From a bacterium (GTDB taxonomy: Bacteria > Actinomycetota > Acidimicrobiia > Acidimicrobiales > CATQHL01): a stretch of DNA of 64,000 nt. The translations under genes and the position numbers were made by a program. The stretch is from contig JAPPDX010000093.1 in NCBI GenBank assembly GCA_028824415.1, positions 11,370-75,369 of the forward strand, read 5' to 3'. Positions 32,090-42,060 of this stretch are shown here, piece after piece; positions within the stretch are counted from its first letter, which is position 1, and every line of letters starts with the position of its first letter. A model generated the notes under the pieces. The model was not told the DNA's origin, did no database searches, and saw only the letters and a list, made by a program, of their open reading frames with translations.

Positions 32090-33375
32090 CAGGCGGAGCT
32101 CCGTTCTACCTCGGCTGCCAGGCCCTCGGCCACCGCGGTGGCCTCTGCCTCGTCGGTGGCCTCGACCATGACGCGGATCAGCGGTTCGGTGCCCGAGCAA
32201 CGCACCAGCACGCGGCCCGTCTCGCCCAGCGCCTCGCGCGCCCGCTCGACCGCTGGCTCGACCGCCGTCAGCACGCCGGCTGCATCACCGCCGACGGACA
32301 CGTTCCGCAGCACCTGCGGGTGGCGGGTCATGGCTTCGGCCGCCAGATCACCGAGGCGCGCGCCCCGGCGAACGGCGACATCGAGCAGCTGCACGGCCGT
32401 CAGCAGACCGTCGCCGGTGGTGGCGAGGTCCCGGAACACCACATGTCCCGACTGCTCCCCGCCCAACTCCCAGCCGCCGGCCTCGAGTGCGCTCAGAACA
32501 TGGCGATCACCTACGGGCACCGTCACGACCTCGATTCCGGCCTCCGCCATGGCCCGGTGCAGGCCGAGGTTGCTCATGACGGTCACCACCACCGTCGAAC
32601 CCGCCAAGCGGGCCCGCTCGTGGCGGTCGGTCCCGCACAGGGCGATGATGCGGTCACCGTCGATCAGGCCCCGATCGTACGCCACCACCCTGTCCCCGTC
32701 GCCGTCGAACGCCAGACCGATCTCGCCTGGGCCGGTCTCGGCGGAGATGAGGCTCGGGGAGGCGGCTCCGCAGCCGTCGTTGATGTTCCGCCCGTTCGGC
32801 TCGCAGGCCACGGTCCTCACCGCGGCCCCGAGGCGCCCCAGCAGCGCCGGCGCCAACTCCGAAGTAGCGCCGTTGGCGCCGTCCACCACCAGGCGCAGGC
32901 CGGTGAAGGCCCCCGGCTCCACAGTGCTGGCCACCGCATCCAGGTAGGTCTGAAGCCGGCCGCCGGCGTCGGCGGCGGCTGCGGGGGATCCGGGCGTCTC
33001 GGCGGCGGACTGCAGGCCGGCGGCCACCGCTTCCTGCTCGCCGTCGCTGAGCTTGCGGCCACCGGGGCCGAAGATCTTCACACCGTTGTCCCGGTACGGG
33101 TTGTGCGACGCCGACACGACGATCCCCGGCACGCCGTCGCGGGCGCTGAAGAACGCCACCGCGGGCGTCGGAGCCATGCCCAGCAGGTCCACTCGGGTGC
33201 CGGAGAGACCGCGCAGCAACCCCTGCACGAGGTCGCCGGCGGAGGCTCTCGGGTCGTGGCCCACGACGACCCGCTCGCAGCCGAAGGTCGCGACGACTGC
33301 CGCACCGATGCGGGCGGCCATCTCCGGGGTGACGTCCCGGTACGCCCGCCCTCGAATCCCGTCGGTGCCGAACAT
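32089..33375 (-). CDS. glmM: Phosphoglucosamine mutase
   Basis: FGTDGIRG, SASHNP, FDGDGDR, GGEQSGH. Confidence 0.95.
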   Translation of the reverse strand: MFGTDGIRGRAYRDVTPEMAARIGAAVVATFGCERVVVGHDPRASAGDLVQGLLRGLSGTRVDLLGMAPTPAVAFFSARDGVPGIVVSASHNPYRDNGVKIFGPGGRKLSDGEQEAVAAGLQSAAETPGSPAAAADAGGRLQTYLDAVASTVEPGAFTGLRLVVDGANGATSELAPALLGRLGAAVRTVACEPNGRNINDGCGAASPSLISAETGPGEIGLAFDGDGDRVVAYDRGLIDGDRIIALCGTDRHERARLAGSTVVVTVMSNLGLHRAMAEAGIEVVTVPVGDRHVLSALEAGGWELGGEQSGHVVFRDLATTGDGLLTAVQLLDVAVRRGARLGDLAAEAMTRHPQVLRNVSVGGDAAGVLTAVEPAVERAREALGETGRVLVRCSGTEPLIRVMVEATDEAEATAVAEGLAAEVERSSA

Positions 33376-33420
33376 GGCCGAACCGTTGCGACAGCCCGCG
33401 CGCTCCGGCTGCCGGCTCTG

Positions 33421-33813
33421 CTACCTCTTGGAGTACTGCGGAGCCTTCCGGGCCTTCTTGAGCCCGTACTTCTTGGACTCCTTCTTGCGCGGATCCCGGG
33501 TCAGCAGGCCGGCCCGCTTGAGCTTCTCGCGGGAGTCGCCGTCGAGGCTCTCCAGGGAGCGGGCGATGCCGAGGCGCAGGGCTCCCGCCTGACCGGTCAG
33601 CCCGCCGCCGGTGATTGTGGCATCCACGTCGTACACCGAGGAGGTGTCAGTCACGCTGAGCGCCTCGGTGGCGTGCGAGCGATGCGAGGGCGACGGGAAG
33701 TAGTCCTCGATCTCTCGCCCGTTGATCACGATGTGCCCCTGACCCGGCCGGATGCGGACACGGGCGACGGCGCGCTTGCGGCGACCGGTGGCCTGCACGA
33801 GCGGCGGTGTCAT
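33421..33813 (-). CDS. rpsI: 30S ribosomal protein S9
   Basis: TGRRKRAVARV...KARKAPQYSKR. Confidence 0.98.
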   Translation of the reverse strand: MTPPLVQATGRRKRAVARVRIRPGQGHIVINGREIEDYFPSPSHRSHATEALSVTDTSSVYDVDATITGGGLTGQAGALRLGIARSLESLDGDSREKLKRAGLLTRDPRKKESKKYGLKKARKAPQYSKR

Positions 33814-34253
33814 GGTGTTCTCCTGCCCAGAGCCAGCGGCTGTGGACTCTGGGCCTCGTGGGGATGGGCGGGTCCGGCGTAGACCTTCAGCTTCCGCAGC
33901 ATCTGCCGTCCCAGGCGGGTGTGCGGCAGCATCCCGCGTACGCTGCGGCGCACCACCTCCGCGGGACTTCGCCGCATCGCCTCGGCGAGGGTCTCCGAAC
34001 GCAGTCCGCCGGGGTAGCCGGAGTGCCGGTACAGGATCTTCCGATCCGCCTTGCCGGCGGTCGCCACGACCTTGTCGGCGTTCACGATGATGACGTGATC
34101 GCCGCAGTCGAGGTGCGGCGTGTACATCGGCTTGTGCTTGCCGCGGAGGACACGGGCCACCTCGGTGGCCAAGCGGCCGAGCACCTGTCCCTCGGCGTCG
34201 ATGATCCACCAGGCGCGATCCAACTCTGATGCCTTGGGGCTGTACGTACGCAC
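33810..34253 (-). CDS. rplM: 50S ribosomal protein L13
   Basis: RTYSPK...LGRLAT...GKHKP...HSGYPGG. Confidence 0.98.
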   Translation of the reverse strand: MRTYSPKASELDRAWWIIDAEGQVLGRLATEVARVLRGKHKPMYTPHLDCGDHVIIVNADKVVATAGKADRKILYRHSGYPGGLRSETLAEAMRRSPAEVVRRSVRGMLPHTRLGRQMLRKLKVYAGPAHPHEAQSPQPLALGRRTP

Positions 34254-34315
34254 ACCGAAAGGATACGGGCTCACCGCCGGAAACGGCCCCCTGCGCAGGT
34301 CTGGGCGGACTTCGA

Positions 34316-35089
34316 TCAGAGGTACGCGACCGACTCCAGGCATAGGCCGTGCGGCGGTGCCACACTCCCGGCGACGGCCCTGTCCCGGCTCAGCAGGATG
34401 CGTTCGATGTCGCCGGCAGCGCGGCGACCCCGTCCCACCTCCACGAGCGTTCCGACGATCGAACGCACCATCTGCCGGCAGAACGAGTTCGCCTCGATGT
34501 CGAACAGCACCAGTGCCGGCTCGAGCCGACTCCAACCGGCGCGCAGCACCCTCCTCACCGTCGGCGCCACCCGCACCTCGCCGTCGATGACCTGCGCAGC
34601 CCTGGAGCAGAAGGAGGCGAAGTCGTGCTCGCCGATGAGCAGCTCCGCGGCATCGCTCATGGCCGCCACGTCGAGTGGATCGGGGACGTGCCAGGCGTAC
34701 CCGCGCCGGAACACGTCGGGCTCCGGCGCGTTCCAGATCGTGTAGCGGTACGCCCGGGCAAGCGCGGAGAAGCGAGCGTCGAAGTCGGCCGGCGCCGGCT
34801 CGGCACCCAGCACCACCACGTCGGGGCCGCACATGCGGTTGAGGCCGCTACGAAGGGACTCCAACCGCTCGGGGGCCGTGTCAGCCTCGGCCACCTCCAG
34901 GCTCACCACCTGGCCGCGGGCGTGCACTCCGGCGTCGGTGCGACCGGCGCAGGTCAACTGCACGGAATAGCCGAGCCGCCGTTCGAGGGCGCCGGCCAGA
35001 GCCCCCGCCACGGTGCGTACGCCGGGGTTCGGTGCGAAGCCGCGAAACTCCCCGCCGTCGTAGGAGACCAGGAGGCGCAGGCGGGCCAC
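34316..35089 (-). CDS. truA: tRNA pseudouridine(38-40) synthase
   Basis: AGRTDAGVHA, FDARFSA, GEHDF. Confidence 0.95.
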   Translation of the reverse strand: MARLRLLVSYDGGEFRGFAPNPGVRTVAGALAGALERRLGYSVQLTCAGRTDAGVHARGQVVSLEVAEADTAPERLESLRSGLNRMCGPDVVVLGAEPAPADFDARFSALARAYRYTIWNAPEPDVFRRGYAWHVPDPLDVAAMSDAAELLIGEHDFASFCSRAAQVIDGEVRVAPTVRRVLRAGWSRLEPALVLFDIEANSFCRQMVRSIVGTLVEVGRGRRAAGDIERILLSRDRAVAGSVAPPHGLCLESVAYL

Positions 35090-35102
35090 GCCGCGGGGGT
35101 CG

Positions 35103-35456
35103 CTAGACCAGTTCGATGCGGGCCATGGGGGCGTTGTCGCCGTAGCGGGGCCCGACCCGCAGGATCCGGGTGCAGCCGCCGGCACGGTTGGCGTAGCGCG
35201 GACCGATGTCCGAGATCAGCTTGTCGGCGATCTCCCGGTCGTTCAGGAACGCCACGATCTGCCGATGGTTGTGCAGGCCGCCCTTGCGCGCCTTTGTGAT
35301 CAGCTTCTCGGCCACCGGCTGCATCGCCTTGGCCTTGGCCTCGGTCGTCACGATCGCCTCGGCCGCTACCAGGGACGCCACGAGATTCGCCAGCATCGAC
35401 TTCTGGTGTGAGGCGCTGCCGCCGAGGCGACGGCCCTTGCGGGGTCGGCCGGGCAT
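35103..35456 (-). CDS. rplQ: 50S ribosomal protein L17
   Basis: TTEAKAK...EKLITKA...GDNAPMA. Confidence 0.98.
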   Translation of the reverse strand: MPGRPRKGRRLGGSASHQKSMLANLVASLVAAEAIVTTEAKAKAMQPVAEKLITKARKGGLHNHRQIVAFLNDREIADKLISDIGPRYANRAGGCTRILRVGPRYGDNAPMARIELV

Positions 35457-35466
35457 GACTGGCTCC

Positions 35467-36399
35467 TCAGTCTCCCGAAGCCAGGGCGAGACCCAACTCG
35501 TCGAGGCGGGCCGTCACCTCGTCCAGGGACTTCTCACCGAAGTTCGGGATCGCCAGCAGTTCCAGCGGCGTCCGCTCCAAGAGGGCGCCGACCGTCGTGA
35601 CCTGCGCCCGCTTCAGGCAGTTCCGGGGCCGCTCGGAGAGTCCCAGGTCCTCGATGGGGCGCACCAGATCCGACGGCATCTCCGAGGTGGTCGTGGGATC
35701 CAGACCGTCCGGCAACGACACCTCGGCGAGGTTCTCCACGAGCTGCATCAGCCGCCGCAGGATGCCGCCCGCAGTTGCCATCGCCTCCGACGGCGTCACC
35801 GTTCCGTCGGTCTGCACGTCCACGACCAGTTCGTCCGCCGCCACATCCCCCTCCGCGTGGCTCGCTTCCACTTCGTAGAAGACGCGCCGCACCGGCGAGA
35901 AGAGGGCGTCCACGGGGATGTCGCCGATGGTGCCGCTCGTCGGCCGGCTCTCCGCGCCGCTGTAGCCGATCCCCTGCTCGACGGTGACGTCGGCGGCGAA
36001 TCGCGCCCGGCTGTTGAGCGTTGCGACGTGCAGGTCGGGATTCAGCACCTCGACATCGGGGTTGACTCTGAAGTTCGCGCCCGTCACCTCCGCGGGACCC
36101 AGGACGTCGATGCGCAACTGCACCGGCTCGGGGCTGTGGCTGCGCAGCACCAGGTCCTTGAGGTTCAACACGATGTCGGAGATGTCCTCGACGACCCCCT
36201 GCAGGGTGTCGAACTCGTGCAGGGCCTCGTCGAAGCGGACGTGCGTCACCGCCGCGCCCGGAATCGACGAGAGCAGCGTGCGCCGCAGGGCGTTGCCGAT
36301 CGTGTGGCCGAACCCGGGATCGAGCGGCCCGACGACAAACTTCTGGCGGCTGCCCTCGGCGGTGGCCGGAGAGACCGTGGGATGTTTGATCTCAAGCAT
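35467..36399 (-). CDS. rpoA: RNA polymerase alpha subunit
   Basis: GFGHTIGNALRRTLLSSIPG, LHEF, CTD NCLKRA/NFGEKSL; canonical operon position. Confidence 0.95.
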   Translation of the reverse strand: MLEIKHPTVSPATAEGSRQKFVVGPLDPGFGHTIGNALRRTLLSSIPGAAVTHVRFDEALHEFDTLQGVVEDISDIVLNLKDLVLRSHSPEPVQLRIDVLGPAEVTGANFRVNPDVEVLNPDLHVATLNSRARFAADVTVEQGIGYSGAESRPTSGTIGDIPVDALFSPVRRVFYEVEASHAEGDVAADELVVDVQTDGTVTPSEAMATAGGILRRLMQLVENLAEVSLPDGLDPTTTSEMPSDLVRPIEDLGLSERPRNCLKRAQVTTVGALLERTPLELLAIPNFGEKSLDEVTARLDELGLALASGD

Positions 36400-36416
36400 G
36401 TGCATCCTCGCTCGAG

Positions 36417-37034
36417 CTACTTGCTGTAGAGCTCGACAATCAACTGCTCGCGAATCGGTACGTCGATCTGGTCGCGGCTGGGAACCGACACCACGTTGGC
36501 CGCCCAACCGTCTTCGACGACCTCCAGCCAGATCGGCGGTACCCGGTCCAGCACATCGACGTTCCATTGCAGGGTGGTGATTCCCCGCGACTTCTCCTTC
36601 ACGGCGATCGCATCGCTCGCGGAGACTCGATAGCTGGGGATGCTGACCCGCCGTCCGTTCACCGACACGTGGCCGTGCAGCACGAACTGCCGGGCCTGGG
36701 GCCGCGTCGCCGCCCAGCCGGCCCGGTACACCACGTTGTCGAGTCGCAACTCGAGGTAGGTCAGCATGTTCTCGCCGGTCACGCCCGTGCGGCGGCTGGC
36801 CTCGGCGTAAAGGTTGCGGAACTGGCGCTCCGTGAGCCCGTAGGTGAAGCGGGCCTTCTGCTTCTCCTGGAGTTGGAGGAGGTACTCCGACGTGGTGGTG
36901 CGTCGCCGCGAGCGACCGTGCTCGCCGGGTGGGTACGGGCGCTTGTCAAGCGCCACCGTCTCGCCCTTGGTACCGAAGATGTTCGTCCCCAGCCGGCGTG
37001 ACACGCGGGCCTTCGGTCCGGTGTAGCGGGACAT
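36417..37034 (-). CDS. rpsD: 30S ribosomal protein S4
   Basis: MSRYTGP, LELRLDNVVYR, LIVELYSK. Confidence 0.98.
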   Translation of the reverse strand: MSRYTGPKARVSRRLGTNIFGTKGETVALDKRPYPPGEHGRSRRRTTTSEYLLQLQEKQKARFTYGLTERQFRNLYAEASRRTGVTGENMLTYLELRLDNVVYRAGWAATRPQARQFVLHGHVSVNGRRVSIPSYRVSASDAIAVKEKSRGITTLQWNVDVLDRVPPIWLEVVEDGWAANVVSVPSRDQIDVPIREQLIVELYSK

Positions 37035-37426
37035 CAGACGCGCCGCCTCTTCGGCGGCCGGCAGCCGTTGTGCGGCACCGGGGTGACGTCCTTGATCCCG
37101 GTGACCTCCAACCCCAGGTTCTGCAGCGAGCGGATCGCCGTCTCGCGGCCCGAGCCCGGACCGCGCACCTGCACGTCGACCTTGCGAACACCGAACTCCA
37201 TGGCCCGGCGCGCCACCTCCTCTGCCGCCATCTGCGCGGCGTACGGGGTCGACTTGCGCGAACCCTTGAATCCCACGTTGCCCGCCGAGGCCCAGGCGAC
37301 CACATTGCCGCGCAGGTCCGTGACCGTGATGATCGTGTTGTTGAAGGAACTCTTGATGTGCACGACGCCGTGCGCGATGTTCCTGCGCTCGCGCCGGCGT
37401 GGCCGTCGTGCCTGTCTCTCTGCCAT
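37034..37426 (-). CDS. rpsK: 30S ribosomal protein S11
   Basis: [26 protein letters not shown]. Confidence 0.98.
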   Translation of the reverse strand: MAERQARRPRRRERRNIAHGVVHIKSSFNNTIITVTDLRGNVVAWASAGNVGFKGSRKSTPYAAQMAAEEVARRAMEFGVRKVDVQVRGPGSGRETAIRSLQNLGLEVTGIKDVTPVPHNGCRPPKRRRV

Positions 37427-37528
37427 AACCCCTCGGTGCGTCTCGTGAGCGGTGCGATGCCGCGCCCCTGGCGCGCCCGCCGGTCGTTGTGGTTGGGCGC
37501 CCCGATCGGCGCCCGAGCCACCTCTGCC

Positions 37529-37912
37529 TTACTTCCTCTTCATGACGGTCTTCTTACCCGCCACGGTCTTGCGCGGACCCTTGCGCGTCCGTGCGTTCGT
37601 GTGGGTGCGCTGGCCCCGGACCGGCAGGCCTCTGCGATGCCGGATCCCCTGGTAGCACCCGATCTCCAGCTTGCGGCTGATGTTCTGGCTGACCTGGCGG
37701 CGCAGATCACCCTCAACCTTGAGGTTGCGTTCGATATGGGCCCGGAGCCGGGCCACCTCCTGCTCGGTGAGGTCCTTGATCCGCACGTCGGGGCTGATGC
37801 CGACCGCCTCGCAGGTCTGCGCCGCGACCGTGGAGCCGATGCCGAAGATGTAGGTGAGCGACACCACGGCGCGCTTGTTGCGCGGGATGTCCACACCGGC
37901 GATCCGTGCCAT
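37529..37912 (-). CDS. rpsM: 30S ribosomal protein S13
   Basis: MARIAGVD...[14 protein letters not shown]. Confidence 0.98.
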   Translation of the reverse strand: MARIAGVDIPRNKRAVVSLTYIFGIGSTVAAQTCEAVGISPDVRIKDLTEQEVARLRAHIERNLKVEGDLRRQVSQNISRKLEIGCYQGIRHRRGLPVRGQRTHTNARTRKGPRKTVAGKKTVMKRK

Positions 37913-37913
37913 G

Positions 37914-38027
37914 TCAGCCCTGCCTCTGGCGATGACGCGGGTTGCCGCAGATCACCCGCACGCGACCATGGCGGCGAATGACCCGGCACTTGTCGCACAT
38001 GGCCTTCACGCTGGGGCGCACTTTCAT
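37914..38027 (-). CDS. rpmJ: 50S ribosomal protein L36 (Zn-binding type)
   Basis: Hand-translated [37 protein letters not shown]; absent from the ORF track. Confidence 0.97.
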   Translation of the reverse strand: MKVRPSVKAMCDKCRVIRRHGRVRVICGNPRHRQRQG

Positions 38028-38099
38028 CTCCGCATCCGTCTCGTCTCGTCGTCTGCCGGCCGCCGAGCGGGGCAAGCCTCCCGCCCGCTGCCGGCGTTG

Positions 38100-38324
38100 C
38101 TACTTGTACCGGTAAGTGATCCGCCCGCGCTGCAGGTCGTAGGGCGTGAACTCCACCTGCACACGGTCTCCCGGGAGGATACGGATGTAATGCATCCTCA
38201 TCTTCCCGGAGATGTGCGCCAGCACTTGGTGGCCATTGTCGAACTCAACCCTGAACATGGCATTGGGGAGAGACTCGAGGACCTTCCCCTCCATGAGGAT
38301 CGCGTCTTGCTTGGATTTCGCCAG
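38100..38324 (-). CDS. infA: Translation initiation factor IF-1 (probable CTG start)
   Basis: LPNAMFRV...HISGKMR...PGDRV; N-terminal AKSKQDAI follows CTG with a GGGAG SD. Confidence 0.95.
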   Translation of the reverse strand: MAKSKQDAILMEGKVLESLPNAMFRVEFDNGHQVLAHISGKMRMHYIRILPGDRVQVEFTPYDLQRGRITYRYK

Positions 38325-38358
38325 AGCCCTACTCCCGCCTCGAACGCGACCGACTAGG

Positions 38359-38940
38359 TTACCGAGACAACCTCAGTGGCACCAACCCGCCGATCGCGGC
38401 GGCGAGCCGGTCGAACACCTCTTCCGGAGCCCCGGTTCCCTCGATTCTTTGCAACAGGCCCCGCCCGGCGAACCACTCCACCAGCGGCGCCGTCTGCGCC
38501 TCGTAGAGCTCCAGGCGGCGGGCGATGCCCGCGACGGTGTCGTCGTCGCGGCCGCGGGCCAGCATCCGCTCGGACACCTCGGCCACATCGACCTCCAGAA
38601 GCACCGCACCGGCGATCCCGTCGGGCACGGTCATCCCTGCGAGGGCCTCGGCCTGTGCCGGCGTCCGGGGAAAGCCGTCGAGCAGCACCGTGGCCCCGGA
38701 TTCCAACAGCGGCACCAAGCGCTCCGCCACGACGTCGCACATCACGTCGTCAGGGACCAATTCGCCGGCGGTCATGATGGCCTCGGCCCGGCGACCCAGC
38801 GGGGTTCCCGATGTCGCCGCGTCGCGCAGCATGTCACCGGTGGAGACGTGTACGACCCCGTCGAAGTGCTGCTCCAGCAGGCCGCACTGCGTTCCCTTTC
38901 CCGAACCCTGGCGCCCGAGAACGACGATCACGCCGCTCAT
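38359..38940 (-). CDS. adk: Adenylate kinase (short LID)
   Basis: [23 protein letters not shown]. Confidence 0.95.
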   Translation of the reverse strand: MSGVIVVLGRQGSGKGTQCGLLEQHFDGVVHVSTGDMLRDAATSGTPLGRRAEAIMTAGELVPDDVMCDVVAERLVPLLESGATVLLDGFPRTPAQAEALAGMTVPDGIAGAVLLEVDVAEVSERMLARGRDDDTVAGIARRLELYEAQTAPLVEWFAGRGLLQRIEGTGAPEEVFDRLAAAIGGLVPLRLSR

Positions 38941-39011
38941 GTCAAGGAAGCCTCAGCGCCGCGGCGCCACACCAACCGGTCCGCGCCCGGGGCGGCCGCG
39001 CGGGTCTGGGT

Positions 39012-39056
39012 TCACTTGAGGAAACCTTGGTGGTTCAGGCGCAGCATCAACTGGCT
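39012..39056 (-). repeat. Diverged tandem copy of the secY 3' end
   Basis: Reads SQLMLRLNHQGFLK* versus SQLMLRNYEGFLK* at 39058-39099. Confidence 0.85.
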
Positions 39057-39057
39057 C

Positions 39058-40386
39058 TCACTTAAGGAATCCTTCGTAGTTGCGCAGCATCAACTGGCTG
39101 TCGATCTGCTTCATGGTCTCGAGCGCCACGCCCACCGCGATCAGGATCGAGATTCCGGTGAAGCTGAAGATCCCTTGGGTGCTGGTGGGCACGATGTTTC
39201 CGATCACCACGGCCGGTGTCAGCGCGATGAGCGCCAGGAACAACGAGCCCGGCAGTGTGATGCGCGACAGGATGTGCGCCAGGTAGCGCTCGGTGGGCCG
39301 TCCCGGCCGGATGCCGGGCACGAAGCCGCCCTGCTTGCGGATGTTGTCGGCCTGCTTGACCGGGTCGAAGCTGATGGCCGTGTAGAAGTAGGCGAAGCCG
39401 ATGATCAGCAGACCGAAGAAGACCAGGTAGAACGGGTCGTCGTAGCGCAGCAGGTGATCGTTCGTCCAGGTGCGGATCGCCTCGCCCCAGCCGCCCGAGG
39501 GCAGCACCACCACGATCAGCTGCGGCAGGTAAAGCACCGAGCTGGCGAAGATGATGGGGATCACGCCCGACTGGTTCACCTTCAGCGGGATGTAGGTGCT
39601 TCCCCCCGTGGTCATCCGGCGGCCGACGACGCGCTTGGCGAACTGCACCGGGATGCGGCGCTGGCCCTGCTCCACGAACACGATGAGCACGAGCAGCACG
39701 AGGTACATCGCCAGAACCTCGAAGACGCCCGGCCAGCCCGAGTTGCCCTTCACCAGCGAGAACTGGTTGGGCAACGAGCTGACCACCGCGGCGAAGATGA
39801 TGATCGACATGCCGTTGCCGATGCCCTTCTGGGTGATCAACTCGCCCATCCACATCAGCAGGGCCGTCCCGGCGGTGAGCGTCAGCACGACCAGGCCAAC
39901 CCGCGGGGCGGTGAAGTCCGGCAGGAGGTCGGGGATGCCGGTGCTGCCGGCCAGGCCGCCGCCCTGGTTGTGGAACAGGAAGGCGAACCCCGTGGACTGG
40001 ATCAGGGCGATGCCGATCGTCAGGTACCGCGTCCACTGGTTGATCTTGCGTTGACCGACGGCCCCCTGCTGCTGCCACTGCTCGATACGCGGCACCACCA
40101 CACCCATCACCTGCATGATGATCGACGCCGTGATGTAGGGGAATATCCCCAAGGAGAAGATGGCGAACTGCGTGAGCGCGCCGCCCGAGAAGAGCTGCAG
40201 GAAGTTCAGGATCCCGCCGTCCTCAGCCGCCTCCTGGAGAGGGCGGATGGCCTCCAGGTTGATGCCGGGTGCGGGGATGAACGCCCCCAGCCGGTACACC
40301 ACGAGCATGCCGAGGGTGAAGAGGATCTTGCTGCGGAGATCCTCGATGCGGAAGATGTTGGCGATGTTCTGCAGGATCCGGCCCAC
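39058..40386 (-). CDS. secY: Preprotein translocase SecY
   Basis: LGIFPYITASII, GIGNGMS, GIRPGRPT. Confidence 0.98.
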   Translation of the reverse strand: MGRILQNIANIFRIEDLRSKILFTLGMLVVYRLGAFIPAPGINLEAIRPLQEAAEDGGILNFLQLFSGGALTQFAIFSLGIFPYITASIIMQVMGVVVPRIEQWQQQGAVGQRKINQWTRYLTIGIALIQSTGFAFLFHNQGGGLAGSTGIPDLLPDFTAPRVGLVVLTLTAGTALLMWMGELITQKGIGNGMSIIIFAAVVSSLPNQFSLVKGNSGWPGVFEVLAMYLVLLVLIVFVEQGQRRIPVQFAKRVVGRRMTTGGSTYIPLKVNQSGVIPIIFASSVLYLPQLIVVVLPSGGWGEAIRTWTNDHLLRYDDPFYLVFFGLLIIGFAYFYTAISFDPVKQADNIRKQGGFVPGIRPGRPTERYLAHILSRITLPGSLFLALIALTPAVVIGNIVPTSTQGIFSFTGISILIAVGVALETMKQIDSQLMLRNYEGFLK

Positions 40387-40416
40387 GGAACTCTCCCTCC
40401 GGCGATCAGCGCCCGT

Positions 40417-40905
40417 CTAGCGGTTCGTCAGGGCGTTGCCCCGCGCCGGCGGCCGGCGGTCGCCCCATGGCTTGGGCAGGACTTCGATCGTCGCACCGGC
40501 GGCCTCCAGAGCGGCGCGGGCCGCCTCGGAGTAGGCGTGCGCCCGCACGGTGACGGGGCGGGTCAGCTCGCCGCGGGCGAGGACCTTGACGAGAGCCCCC
40601 TTGCTCACGAGCCCGCTGGCGTAGAGCGTCTCAGGGGTGACCTCGTCGAGTCCCGAGGCTTCGATCACGTCGAGGTTGACGGGCTGGTAGCTCACCCGGA
40701 ACGGGTTGTTGAACCCGCGCAGCTTCGGAATCCGGCGCTGCAGTGGCATCTGACCGCCCTCGAAGCCGACCGGCACCTTGCCGCGCGCCCGCTGGCCCTT
40801 CGTCCCGCGTCCCGCGGTCTTGCCTCCCTTGCCCGCGATCCCCCGGCCCACCCGCCGGGGTTGCGTGCGGCTCCCAGGAGCACCCTTGAGGTCGTGGACC
40901 TTCAC
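40417..40905 (-). CDS. rplO: 50S ribosomal protein L15
   Basis: RVGRG...GFEGGQMPL. Confidence 0.97.
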   Translation of the reverse strand: MKVHDLKGAPGSRTQPRRVGRGIAGKGGKTAGRGTKGQRARGKVPVGFEGGQMPLQRRIPKLRGFNNPFRVSYQPVNLDVIEASGLDEVTPETLYASGLVSKGALVKVLARGELTRPVTVRAHAYSEAARAALEAAGATIEVLPKPWGDRRPPARGNALTNR

Positions 40906-41087
40906 GATTCGGGCACCTCCTCCACTTCCACCAGATGGGACACCTTGGCCAGCATGCCGCGCACGTCGGGGCGATCGCTCAGGACCCGGGACTTGCCGAT
41001 GCGCCCCAGGCCGAGAGCGCGCAGGGTGCCCCGCTGGGGGGGCTTGCGCCCGATGCCGGACCGGACCTGCGTCACACGCAACGCCAC
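40902..41087 (-). CDS. rpmD: 50S ribosomal protein L30
   Basis: [11 protein letters not shown]...TLRALGL...VRGML.KVSHLV. Confidence 0.95.
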   Translation of the reverse strand: MALRVTQVRSGIGRKPPQRGTLRALGLGRIGKSRVLSDRPDVRGMLAKVSHLVEVEEVPES

Positions 41088-41088
41088 G

Positions 41089-41667
41089 TCATTCCTCCTC
41101 GGCACGCAGCGCCAGGCGCCGGTTCCGTTCGGTCTCGTTGTAGGCCGCCAGCAGGCCCGGGGGAACGAACTCGCTGGGGTCGAGGCCGCGCAGGCGCGCC
41201 ACGTGGTCGGGGCGCATAAGCGACCGGAGGCCGGCGATCGTGGCCCGGGCGACGTTGATGTGGTTGGCGGATCCCAGTGACTTGCAGAGCACGTCCGCGA
41301 TGCCAGCCTCCTCAAGAATGGCACGGGCCGCGCCGCCGGCGATGACCCCGGTCCCGGGCGCCGCCGGCTTGAGGAGAACCCTGCCTGCGCCCCATTCCCC
41401 GAGCACGGGGTGCACGATGGTCGTGCCGGCCAGAGGGACGGCGAACAACGAGTTGCGCGCCTCCTCGGTGCCCTTCTGGATGGCCAGCGGCACCTCCTTG
41501 GCCTTGCCGTACCCGAGCCCGACGTGTCCGGCGCCGTCACCGACGACCACGAGCGCCGAGAACGAGAACCGCCGGCCGCCCTTGACCACCTTGGCGACAC
41601 GGTTGATGTGGATGACGCGGGAGTCCCGTAGCTGTACGCGCGAGGCCAGCGCGCCGGCGGCCGCCAT
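41089..41667 (-). CDS. rpsE: 30S ribosomal protein S5
   Basis: [25 protein letters not shown]. Confidence 0.98.
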   Translation of the reverse strand: MAAAGALASRVQLRDSRVIHINRVAKVVKGGRRFSFSALVVVGDGAGHVGLGYGKAKEVPLAIQKGTEEARNSLFAVPLAGTTIVHPVLGEWGAGRVLLKPAAPGTGVIAGGAARAILEEAGIADVLCKSLGSANHINVARATIAGLRSLMRPDHVARLRGLDPSEFVPPGLLAAYNETERNRRLALRAEEE

Positions 41668-42032
41668 CAGAGCCTCATCCCTGCTTCGCGGGCGGCGTCG
41701 GCGACAGCCGCCACGCGCCCGTGGTAGCGGTAGCCGCCACGATCGAACACCACCGTCGTGATGCCGGCGCCGGCAGCGCGCTCGGCGACGAGGCGCCCCA
41801 CGGCCGCGGCGGCGCTCACGCCGGCGGCCTCGCTGCTGCGCAGATCGGGTTCCAGAGTGGAGGCGGCGACAAGGGTGCGCCCGCTGGCGTCGTCGATGAT
41901 CTGCGCCGCCGTGTGGCGGTTGGAGCGGTAGACGGCCAGGCGCGGACGCTCGGCGGTGCCCACGATCTTCTTGCGCACCCTGCGATGGCGCCGGAGCCGG
42001 CCCCGCCGCCGTTCTGCGGACACGTTCGTCAT
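41667..42032 (-). CDS. rplR: 50S ribosomal protein L18
   Basis: [27 protein letters not shown]. Confidence 0.97.
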   Translation of the reverse strand: MTNVSAERRRGRLRRHRRVRKKIVGTAERPRLAVYRSNRHTAAQIIDDASGRTLVAASTLEPDLRSSEAAGVSAAAAVGRLVAERAAGAGITTVVFDRGGYRYHGRVAAVADAAREAGMRL

Positions 42033-42060
42033 TGGTCTGCTCCCTGGTGCGGTGCCGGGT

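Noticed and set aside
38212-41280. 1022-aa plus-strand ORF, and similar long ORFs such as 11993-14386 and 54002-56104
   Set aside because: Antisense shadows of real genes, expected with high-GC codon bias; no recognisable motifs
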